Shown piece after piece: positions 1-6,097 of a stretch of DNA of 25,901 nucleotides. The translations under genes and the position numbers were made by a program. Source of the stretch: a virus (Duplodnaviria > Caudoviricetes); the IMG/VR virus record IMGVR_UViG_3300030106_002948, positions 1 through 25,901 of that record; one strand, written 5' to 3'. Under the pieces are notes generated by a model. That model saw nothing but the letters and a program-made list of their open reading frames with translations, did no database searches and had not been told where the DNA came from. Each line of letters opens with the position of its first letter. The first letter of the stretch is position 1.

Positions 1-123
1 CCACTTGTCAGTGGTGTTGAAGTTTGCCGCCGCTGTCGCGGTGGCCTCTTTGTCCTTGACGACGCCTCGCCAAGTTTTTCCGTACACCTTGATGAGCACG
101 GCCTTTTCTGAAAGCTTAGTCAT
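1..123 (-). CDS. N-terminus of a phage protein (DUF3150-like), running off the left edge
   Basis: Hand-translated from ATG at 123, after GAGGTGA RBS: MTKLSEKAVLIKVYGKTWRGVVKDKEATATAAANFNTTDKW, open to position 1. Resembles N-termini of proteins that accompany phage AAA-ATPase/VWA clusters (from memory). Confidence 0.6.
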   Translation of the reverse strand, partial: MTKLSEKAVLIKVYGKTWRGVVKDKEATATAAANFNTTDKW

Positions 124-143
124 TTCTCACCTCATGAATATTG

Positions 144-163
144 TCAGGTTAATTTTAACTTGA
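144..163. promoter_or_regulatory. Palindromic RRGTTA-W4-TAACYY site, copy 1
   Basis: TCAGGTTAATTTTAACTTGA, intergenic, upstream of the RBS of the 1..123 gene. Confidence 0.8.
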
Positions 164-171
164 AGGGAGAG

Positions 172-191
172 GGGAGGGCCGAAGCCCTCCC
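172..191 (-). terminator. cUUCGg-tetraloop hairpin after the ATPase stop (weak terminator or 3' stabiliser)
   Basis: Minus strand GGGAGGGC-TTCG-GCCCTCCC, followed by a C/T tract rather than a clean U-run. Confidence 0.55.
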
Positions 192-193
192 GC

Positions 194-1279
194 TCAGGAG
201 CGGATGTCTGCCCAGCGTAGGCAGAAGTCCCGGTAGGTTGCGGTCTCAGCGACCAGCGGGATACGCCGCTTGATGGCCTCGATGACGAACACGCCAATCT
301 CAGGGGACGACCAGCCATCACGCTCCATGAACGTGACGATGTTCGCGAAGTTGTCCGCGTTTGCCCTGCGTATTAGCAGGGATGCCGCCGCGAACTGATG
401 ACCCACCTCAGATGGGATGGGGCAGGTATCGGGAGAGGTCAGGGCCTCTTCGATGTTGATGCCTCGTGCCGCATGACACAGAGCGAGGAAGGCGCGAGCG
501 CACTCCTCACCCACGATACCGGAGTAGACCGGCGTCTCCAGCGCAGGAGACGGGGCCAGCTTGACCGCCTCCGACAACTTCGCGAGGGTCCGGGGCGTTG
601 CACCTGTTGGCGTGTCCGACTTCACAGTCGGGTCCAACTTGTAGAGATACTCGGGCATCTGCTTGACGAACGCTGTCACCAACGGGTCTACCTCGGCACC
701 CGCCGCCCAGTCCAGCCAGTCCCCAACGTCGGGAGCCAGCGTGAAATGAACGAGACGGCTTCCCGTCTGCGTCCCCATACCGTGGCTGTTGGCGCGGTCA
801 GACTGGCGATTGCCAGCCAGCACCACCACCACCAATCCCCGCTTGCAGTCGGGGTCGGCCTTGGGATGCCCCGGCAACACATAGTCGCCGATGCGCCCCT
901 CATCCAGCAGCCGCTGCACGGCGGTCTGCTTCTCCCGCGCACCTTGCGGGAACTCGTCCAAGAACAGCACACCATACACCGGCTCGTCAGAGCCAACACC
1001 CGGCCAGATGTCCGGGAGAGCACGGCGCTGCACGCCGTCTATGACTACGGGGAGACCCGCGAAGTCGAGGATATCGAAGTCGTTTATGCGGCGTTCAAAA
1101 AGAACAGGCCCCACACCATCAGGGACGCAACGTCCCTTGGCGGCGGCGTCGAATATCTTGTCGATACCGCCTTGGATGATCTGAGACTTGCCCACGCCGG
1201 GCGCACCCCAGATCATTGCGGGAGAGTAGGGAACAGTGAGGCAAAGCGCCTCAACGAGTTGCGAAGGTTTGATATGCAT
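194..1279 (-). CDS. MoxR/AAA_5-like AAA+ ATPase
   Basis: Walker A GAPGVGKS, Walker B VLFLDE, sensor AGN, arginine-finger region SRLVH, TPR motif. GAGGTG RBS and TAATG overlap with the upstream gene. Confidence 0.9.
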   Translation of the reverse strand: MHIKPSQLVEALCLTVPYSPAMIWGAPGVGKSQIIQGGIDKIFDAAAKGRCVPDGVGPVLFERRINDFDILDFAGLPVVIDGVQRRALPDIWPGVGSDEPVYGVLFLDEFPQGAREKQTAVQRLLDEGRIGDYVLPGHPKADPDCKRGLVVVVLAGNRQSDRANSHGMGTQTGSRLVHFTLAPDVGDWLDWAAGAEVDPLVTAFVKQMPEYLYKLDPTVKSDTPTGATPRTLAKLSEAVKLAPSPALETPVYSGIVGEECARAFLALCHAARGINIEEALTSPDTCPIPSEVGHQFAAASLLIRRANADNFANIVTFMERDGWSSPEIGVFVIEAIKRRIPLVAETATYRDFCLRWADIRS

Positions 1280-1776
1280 TAGTCCACCTCATAGCTTGGG
1301 TTGATTGCGCCGATAGAACGCTTGTAAGCGTCCAACCAGCATATGTCTGCGCTGTACACAGGAACGGCAGAATTCTCTGCCTTAACAAAGCTTCGATGTT
1401 TGTAGGGGTTATATTTAACCCCAACATAGTTTGATGGGTTTGACAGAAACTCTGCCTGCGCGGCGGTCATTTCCCAGAAGCGTGGATTCAATACGAAATT
1501 ACGACCTACTGGAAACGGTCGCACCACACCAACGACCCCCGCGTGTACGTTCTTCCGTTGCTCACGTAGAACGCGGCGGCGTCCTGCTTCGCTGACTTTG
1601 AAGATACAGTCTTCCATGTATACTATATCTGCATGAGCGACCACCCGGCCCTTGCTGGGGCCTTCGAGCGCCTTAACGCTGAAGCATTTCTTGTGAAGAT
1701 TGAAGTAGACAAAGCACCTCAATCCAAGTGCGTCTCTTAGATCGTCTAAAAAAAACTGCATTCCATTTTTAGTCAT
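1279..1776 (-). CDS. Conserved phage hypothetical protein (VYFNLHK...RKNVHA...YNPYK family)
   Basis: Motifs VYFNLHKKCFSV, GRRRVLREQRKNVHA and YNPYK recalled from many phage genomes. ATG at 1776 follows GAGGTGA; exact start uncertain. Confidence 0.75.
   Translation of the reverse strand: MTKNGMQFFLDDLRDALGLRCFVYFNLHKKCFSVKALEGPSKGRVVAHADIVYMEDCIFKVSEAGRRRVLREQRKNVHAGVVGVVRPFPVGRNFVLNPRFWEMTAAQAEFLSNPSNYVGVKYNPYKHRSFVKAENSAVPVYSADICWLDAYKRSIGAINPSYEVD
1404..1423. promoter_or_regulatory. Palindromic site, copy 2 (intragenic)
   Basis: AGGGGTTATATTTAACCCCA inside the 1279..1776 CDS. Confidence 0.6.
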
Positions 1777-1785
1777 CGTCACCTC

Positions 1786-1805
1786 TCAGGTTAAAATTAA
1801 CTCAA
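1786..1805. promoter_or_regulatory. Palindromic site, copy 3
   Basis: TCAGGTTAAAATTAACTCAA abutting the GAGGTGA RBS. Confidence 0.8.
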
Positions 1806-1847
1806 GTCTCATTTGGTGGCACCGCTCGGATGCCACCTTTGAAACTT
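1804..1847 (-). other. Long interrupted RNA hairpin (candidate RNase III processing site)
   Basis: Minus: AAGTTTCA-AA-GGTGGCA-TCCGAGCGG-TGCCACC-AAA-TGAGACTT. Confidence 0.55.
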
Positions 1848-2023
1848 TAGTCGTCGCAGAGAACGACCATCGACCCAAGCCCGATCAACGGGGCGAAGAA
1901 GCCGATGGTCAGAAGTATGTGGCCTTGCTGGGCCGCTTGCTCAGGTGCGTATGCCACAATGAAGGGCAGGGAACACACCAACACGGTGCAAAGCACCAAG
2001 GTTATGAAAGCGAAGAACCGCAT
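1847..2023 (-). CDS. 58-aa membrane protein with two predicted TM helices (not in ORF track)
   Basis: MRFFAFITLVLCTVLVCSLPFIVAYAPEQAAQQGHILLTIGFFAPLIGLGSMVVLCDD. TAATG overlap with the upstream gene and fills the gap exactly. Confidence 0.75.
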   Translation of the reverse strand: MRFFAFITLVLCTVLVCSLPFIVAYAPEQAAQQGHILLTIGFFAPLIGLGSMVVLCDD

Positions 2024-2376
2024 TATTCAACTCCCATGTAGTAAAGTCGTTCTTCGATGCGGGTGCGAAGTTCCGCGTATGCGATTTTGGCTGCGATGCT
2101 GTCATAAGTGACGTTCTCGCCAAAACCGCCGCATTCCTCGATAAACGCCTCGCCGTTCTCGGTGTTGCAATTTTGGCAAATGGCGTGAGCCTTGTGGTAG
2201 TAAATCACATGCTCGCACGCATCTGCGTGCTCATGTACGAGATCAAGCGCTAAATCAATCTCCGTGAGTCCTTCAAAAGCTTCGCCGCCGTATTGCTTAA
2301 CCTCTTCCATGATATCGCGAGCCGCTGCGGCGGCGTACTGATCAAGTTGGTGATCGTTTTTGATTGTGTCGCTCAT
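2023..2376 (-). CDS. Acidic Ocr (T7 gp0.3)-like protein, putative DNA-mimic anti-restriction factor
   Basis: 117 aa with about 24 D/E versus 8 K/R by hand count. LDLVHEHADACEHVIYY and SIAAKIAYAEL resemble Ocr HDAIHMAADNAVPHYY and RILQARIYEQL. Early-operon position. Confidence 0.55.
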   Translation of the reverse strand: MSDTIKNDHQLDQYAAAAARDIMEEVKQYGGEAFEGLTEIDLALDLVHEHADACEHVIYYHKAHAICQNCNTENGEAFIEECGGFGENVTYDSIAAKIAYAELRTRIEERLYYMGVE

Positions 2377-2387
2377 GTCTCACCTCT

Positions 2388-2407
2388 TCAGGTTAAAATT
2401 AACCCGT
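2388..2407. promoter_or_regulatory. Palindromic site, copy 4
   Basis: TCAGGTTAAAATTAACCCGT next to the GAGGTGA RBS. Confidence 0.8.
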
Positions 2408-2408
2408 C

Positions 2409-2459
2409 AACAATTGACGGACAAACGCACCAGTCAAATGCGCTTGCTGGTCAACTATC
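2409..2459 (-). other. Long interrupted RNA hairpin (candidate RNase III processing site)
   Basis: Minus: GATAGTTGAC-CAG-CAAGCGCATT-TGACT-GGTGCGTTTG-TCC-GTCAATTGTT. Several G-U pairs work only on the minus strand. Confidence 0.55.
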
Positions 2460-2466
2460 ACGGCTC

Positions 2467-2488
2467 AGGGCGGGCCGAAGCCCGCCCT
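2467..2488 (-). terminator. cUUCGg-tetraloop hairpin
   Basis: Minus AGGGCGGGC-TTCG-GCCCGCCCT just after the stop of 2499..2717; no U-tract. Confidence 0.5.
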
Positions 2489-2498
2489 TCCCCCGAAA

Positions 2499-2717
2499 TC
2501 AGTAATTGTAAGTGATGTCGTTAACATGAGTAATCGTGTGCTCATCGATGAGGTCTTTCACTTTTTCTGCGAAAGCGTGCGCGTCTTCCTCTGAGCAAGC
2601 GAGTACGCGAATCGATTGGTACGTCTCAGGGTGTCCGTTTAAATCTTCCAGCGCCACGTCGTAAACATTGCTGCCGTCAGATAGTTTGTGCCTCGCGACG
2701 TGAATGTTGATATCCAT
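2499..2717 (-). CDS. Hypothetical protein (72 aa)
   Basis: ORF in operon orientation with TAATG coupling and a purine-rich RBS. Confidence 0.7.
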   Translation of the reverse strand: MDINIHVARHKLSDGSNVYDVALEDLNGHPETYQSIRVLACSEEDAHAFAEKVKDLIDEHTITHVNDITYNY

Positions 2718-2881
2718 TAGATTCCCCCCTTGTGCTTGGGGTGGCGGCGGAAGGAGCCACGCCCCTTGCGAGGCGCAACTTTCTTTTGCTGGAACTGCCC
2801 GCCTTGTAGCGCTGAAGCTATGGGCGAGCGGTGCTTGAGCGCATTAAACCGGCGCTCTTCGGCTTTCGATGTAAACTTCAT
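2717..2881 (-). CDS. arfA: ArfA-like alternative ribosome-rescue factor (54 aa, not in ORF track)
   Basis: MKFTSKAEERRFNALKHRSPIASALQGGQFQQKKVAPRKGRGSFRRHPKHKGGI aligns by eye with the E. coli ArfA core [32 protein letters not shown]. ATGA and TAATG overlaps on both sides. Confidence 0.7.
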   Translation of the reverse strand: MKFTSKAEERRFNALKHRSPIASALQGGQFQQKKVAPRKGRGSFRRHPKHKGGI

Positions 2882-3411
2882 GCTAGTGTCACCTTCCCAT
2901 TTTTGATTACGAGTTGAACCTTGCCGCTCCTCTTGGGCGCGGCCTTGCGAGCCTTGCGGTCTACCGTGACCACAAGGAAGACCTTCTTTCGGCGGCCCCA
3001 GTATTCCGCTGGGGTATCGCCCTCTGGCTTAGTGCTTTGATCGAAGACCAGCCCATCGACGTATGCCTGAGCGTGGCCCCCTGTGATGAGCATGTAAGCG
3101 CCGTTTTTGGGCAGGTCGCGCACTGCATTCCTGAGAGTGCAGCGCTTGACCCGCTCGTTGAGGTCGGCGTCGATGCGAGGGTTGAGACCGGCATGGTCGA
3201 GCGCCTTGAACAGGTCGCCTCCCTCCGGGTCTCGCATGCTGCCGAAGCGCGGGTTCCTCGTCCCACCCTTCCACTTGGGGCCATACCCGCAAAGCTTGCG
3301 GATATTGTTCATAGATTGGTGCAAGCTAATGCCAGCGAGCACCGCAACGCTTGTGGGTCCGCATATCGGGGCGCTGCTGTCCACGCCCTGTGGTTGCTTA
3401 TATTCAGTCAT
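2878..3411 (-). CDS. Papain-fold (C39-like) cysteine peptidase
   Basis: N-terminal CGPTSVA (candidate catalytic Cys), then GHAQAYVDGLVFD (His, Asp); basic C-terminal tail. Confidence 0.65.
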   Translation of the reverse strand: MTEYKQPQGVDSSAPICGPTSVAVLAGISLHQSMNNIRKLCGYGPKWKGGTRNPRFGSMRDPEGGDLFKALDHAGLNPRIDADLNERVKRCTLRNAVRDLPKNGAYMLITGGHAQAYVDGLVFDQSTKPEGDTPAEYWGRRKKVFLVVTVDRKARKAAPKRSGKVQLVIKNGKVTLA

Positions 3412-3422
3412 AGTCAGTCACC

Positions 3423-3442
3423 TCGGGTTAATTTTAACTTGA
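3423..3442. promoter_or_regulatory. Palindromic site, copy 5
   Basis: TCGGGTTAATTTTAACTTGA overlapping the GAGGTGA RBS. Confidence 0.8.
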
Positions 3443-3486
3443 GCCTACGCGGTGCCACCACTCGGGTGGCACCTGACAGGGTCAAG
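3438..3486 (-). other. Long interrupted RNA hairpin (candidate RNase III processing site)
   Basis: Core GGTGCCACC-CGAGT-GGTGGCACC with outer CCTG/TAGG and CTTGA/TCAAG pairings. Confidence 0.55.
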
Positions 3487-3488
3487 AA

Positions 3489-4148
3489 TTACGCGGCGTC
3501 CTTCATCTCCGCGCTGTTGATGGCGTCCACCAAGGTCGCGGCGACATCCGCCGCACCGGGGAGGATCAAAGCGACGGCGTCGAGTAGCACCTGCGCGGCG
3601 TCGTCGTCGGCGACAGTGCCAGTCGATACCCGCTTGCCCGTCACGGTGATGTCACCAGCCTTCGCACCCGCTGCCTTGAGGGCGGCGATTGCGAGGGCCT
3701 GAGCCGGGGTCCGCTCTTCCTTGGGGTTGAGCAAGGCCACCAGTTTGGATTGGGTGGTGATCTCAAGGGCGTCGAAGGTGGCCGAGATTTCTTGCGTGAA
3801 GTTGCCGACATTGCTGTGGCGGTCAGCCGCCTCGACGGCGTTGCCGAATTCGGCGTGGCGAGCAAACTTTATGGCGTTCTCCGCGAGGAGTTTCGCCTTG
3901 GCTTCTTTCATGCCCATGTCCATGATCATCTGGCGGAAGCGACCAGCGACGACTTTGCGGCCCTTGAAGTTCTTTTCGTCAAGGCCAAAAGACTTCGCGA
4001 CGACTGCGAGATGTGCAATTGTGAAGACCTTGTTGGTCTCAGGGTTGAGCTTCTCGCGGAGGTCCGCAATCTCAACCTCTTTGGTCTGTCCGAGAACGAA
4101 CTCGGTGTGGGCGGCGTCGAAGAAAATAGCTGCAGGGGACTGTGTCAT
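3489..4148 (-). CDS. Hypothetical protein, first gene of the leftward operon (219 aa)
   Basis: Long ORF with GAGGTGA RBS; no family recognised. Confidence 0.8.
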   Translation of the reverse strand: MTQSPAAIFFDAAHTEFVLGQTKEVEIADLREKLNPETNKVFTIAHLAVVAKSFGLDEKNFKGRKVVAGRFRQMIMDMGMKEAKAKLLAENAIKFARHAEFGNAVEAADRHSNVGNFTQEISATFDALEITTQSKLVALLNPKEERTPAQALAIAALKAAGAKAGDITVTGKRVSTGTVADDDAAQVLLDAVALILPGAADVAATLVDAINSAEMKDAA

Positions 4149-4167
4149 GGTATCACCTCATGTGTGT

Positions 4168-4237
4168 GTGTTTCGGCCATGCTTGGCCCAAGGCGCAGGA
4201 TTGCGCTCATCAGCGGTGCAGCGTCAGCACCGGACAC
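4168..4237 (-). ncRNA. Type III hammerhead ribozyme, variant with branched stem II
   Basis: Minus: GUGUC^-CGGUGC(UGACGCU)GCACCG-CUGAUGA-GCGCA(AUCC)UGCGC-CUUG-GGCCA(AGCA)UGGCC-GAAACAC. Complete CUGAUGA/GAAA/GUC core, 6-bp stem I and 4-bp stem III. Predicted cleavage between 4233 and 4232. Confidence 0.8.
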
Positions 4238-4240
4238 GTT

Positions 4241-4508
4241 GACCGGGCGGCGGTGAAGTTGGCGACCGTGTGTCGCCCTCGCGTTCAATTGCTAGGCTGA
4301 AGGTAATGCGGCATCGCCACCGTCCCGGTGTTCCCCGCCTCTGGTTTCCTACGCCAGCGTCGGCGGGTGTTTGTTGTACCAGCCCGGCGATTTACAAGAG
4401 ATGTCCGGGTCTGCGGGGCGCTCGTCTGGTTGGCCCTTGCCCCTCTGGGGGGTCTTCCTTCTGGGATGTTTGGGACTTTGCGCCCCGGCCCCTCAGCGGC
4501 CTTGGCCC
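4241..4508 (-). ncRNA. Highly structured 5' leader or candidate ncRNA
   Basis: Nested inverted repeats 4242-4247/4324-4329, 4251-4255/4318-4322, 4261-4266/4272-4277, 4334-4339/4362-4367, 4383-4387/4405-4409 and 4414-4421/4480-4487; no convincing ORF. Confidence 0.45.
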
Positions 4509-4539
4509 ATCTTATCCCACACTCGAAACACAATGTAAA
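4509..4539 (-). promoter_or_regulatory. Possible sigma70-like leftward (early) promoter
   Basis: Minus TTTACA...TAAGAT with a long 19-nt spacer and an AT-rich upstream tract. Confidence 0.35.
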
Positions 4540-4606
4540 CCCACTTTTTACACATTTAGTGCTTTTTTTTGCACATTGCCTGAAACCCGCAGAAAACGTA
4601 CATTTG

Positions 4607-4626
4607 TTGGGTTATATTTAACCTGA
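4607..4626. promoter_or_regulatory. Palindromic site, copy 6
   Basis: TTGGGTTATATTTAACCTGA, 11 nt upstream of the TerS ATG. Confidence 0.8.
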
Positions 4627-4637
4627 AAGACGCGGAT

Positions 4638-5168
4638 ATGAGCGACGACGACAAAAATAATTCGGACGACGAAGCGCCTAAATTAACACTTTTGGCGGGT
4701 GGCAAGGGCGCGGACGCTGAGAAGCCGAGACCTGCGAAGCGCAAGCTAACGGCAAAGCAGGAGCGATTCCTCGCGGGATTGATCAGAGGGCAGTCGCAGT
4801 ACGATGCGTATTGCGCGGCCTACAATGCCGAGGGGATGAAGCGCAGCGCAATCGATACTGAGGCGTGGCGACTTGCGGCCCACCCGGAGATCAGCCGGAG
4901 ATTGCATGCCCATCATGCGTCTATTGAGCGGGCTGCGTCCGCCTCCGCACTCTCCCGGCGGCGGCTCGTTCTTGAGCGGCTTGAGCATGAGGCGGTCAAC
5001 GCGGAGAGCGACAGCGCTCGGGTGCGGGCGTTGGAGCTGCTCGGCAAGACCCACGATGTGGGCTTGTTCATCGAGCGCATTGAAACCGACAGCGGCGACC
5101 GCTCGCCTGACGAGCTACGCCGCGAATTGCAGGACAAGCTGACCGCGCTGCTCGGTCGCTCGGGTTAA
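4638..5168 (+). CDS. terS: Terminase small subunit
   Basis: LTAKQERF...DAY..AY HTH pattern and ARVRALELLGK oligomerisation motif typical of TerS. Confidence 0.8.
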   Translation: MSDDDKNNSDDEAPKLTLLAGGKGADAEKPRPAKRKLTAKQERFLAGLIRGQSQYDAYCAAYNAEGMKRSAIDTEAWRLAAHPEISRRLHAHHASIERAASASALSRRRLVLERLEHEAVNAESDSARVRALELLGKTHDVGLFIERIETDSGDRSPDELRRELQDKLTALLGRSG

Positions 5169-5179
5169 AAATAACCCGG
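5160..5179. promoter_or_regulatory. Palindromic site, copy 7 (overlaps the TerS stop)
   Basis: TCGGGTTAAAAATAACCCGG. Confidence 0.8.
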
Positions 5180-5362
5180 CGGTGGTGCTGCCGTTCTCTC
5201 AGGAAAATCGGGCCACCGGGTCACCCCTTGTAGCCACACTATCGGCTGGGGCTGGGGGTGCGGGGGCCACCCCCCTGCAATTGTCAGCGCGAGGGTGCCG
5301 GGCATACACACTATTTCACACAAATAATCACAGCATTTTCATGGCTAGGGGGGTACCCCCAT

Positions 5363-5887
5363 TTAGGTACCATTCTGGCCCACGAATATAGTATTGCCTG
5401 TATAATTTTTATCGAATTGGTACCATGCACAATCTTCTTTACCCACATATGGTGAGTTTTCGATCCACTTGATCCTTCCTACGCTAATGATCTTCTTGCA
5501 TAGGTGCATGTACGGTGCGCTTTGCTTGGTGTGCGCCCAAGCTGCATCGAACAACAGGTAGGTTGGTGCGATACCAGATAGTCTTACTATGATTTTATGG
5601 AGTATATCTCTAGACCACGGAGGATTTGTGATGAATGCTTCTCCCATACACGATAGCTGGTGTGTTGCATCACCTGTTTTGATTGTGGGTATCTGTGGTT
5701 CTATGTCTGACGCTCTACTACAGACTTTACCATATCCCTTTAAGATACTTATCAGTGCTCCATTACCTGCACATGGTTCTTCGTAACGAGTGATATCCGC
5801 TATATGCGGTACGAGAGGGATAACTGCCTTGGGCGGTGTCGGATAAAAATCTCTTTCGGCCCGGTCAAAATTTGATCTTCTGCCCAT
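5363..5887 (-). CDS. Orphan DNA amino (probably N6-adenine) methyltransferase
   Basis: DFYPTP, SAM-binding EPCAGNG, SDI and catalytic ITNPPW motifs. Confidence 0.85.
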   Translation of the reverse strand: MGRRSNFDRAERDFYPTPPKAVIPLVPHIADITRYEEPCAGNGALISILKGYGKVCSRASDIEPQIPTIKTGDATHQLSCMGEAFITNPPWSRDILHKIIVRLSGIAPTYLLFDAAWAHTKQSAPYMHLCKKIISVGRIKWIENSPYVGKEDCAWYQFDKNYTGNTIFVGQNGT

Positions 5888-5896
5888 CGTTTTTTT

Positions 5897-5944
5897 AAAA
5901 AAGAGCTAGACCAGATTTACTCGAAATGTACATCTGGCCTAGCT
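5897..5944 (-). terminator. Intrinsic-terminator-like hairpin just upstream of the methyltransferase
   Basis: Minus AGCTAGGCCAGAT...ATCTGGTCTAGCT followed by CTTTTTT. Confidence 0.55.
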
Positions 5945-6002
5945 AGGTTGTGCATCATCTACACAGGGAGGAAAACTCTGAACCTTCGACTCAATCACTG
6001 AA

Positions 6003-6097
6003 CTAGGCTAGTTCTAGCATAGATTCTAGTTCTAGTCTAGTCCTAGTCTAGCCTATAATTATATTTTTTAGTCTAGACTAAGTACTAGTACTACTAG
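6003..6097. repeat. CTAG-rich low-complexity array around an AT-only core
   Basis: 11 CTAG tetramers counted in 95 bp, flanking TATAATTATATTTTTTA. Confidence 0.85.

Noticed and set aside
144-163. The palindrome as a conserved RNA hairpin
   Set aside because: Copies at 144 and 3423 give A-C mismatches on the transcribed minus strand while half-site sequence is retained, which fits a dsDNA protein-binding site better
398-1282. 294-aa plus-strand ORF
   Set aside because: Antisense shadow of the GC-rich AAA ATPase gene; no recognisable motifs
2914-4256. Long plus-strand ORFs (2914..3702, 3721..4242, 3750..4256)
   Set aside because: Antisense to well-supported minus-strand genes that have RBSs and coupled junctions; long shadow ORFs are expected at high GC
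4270-4626. ORFs in the divergent intergenic region
   Set aside because: No RBS and P/R/G-rich composition; better explained as a structured leader plus promoters, although not formally excluded
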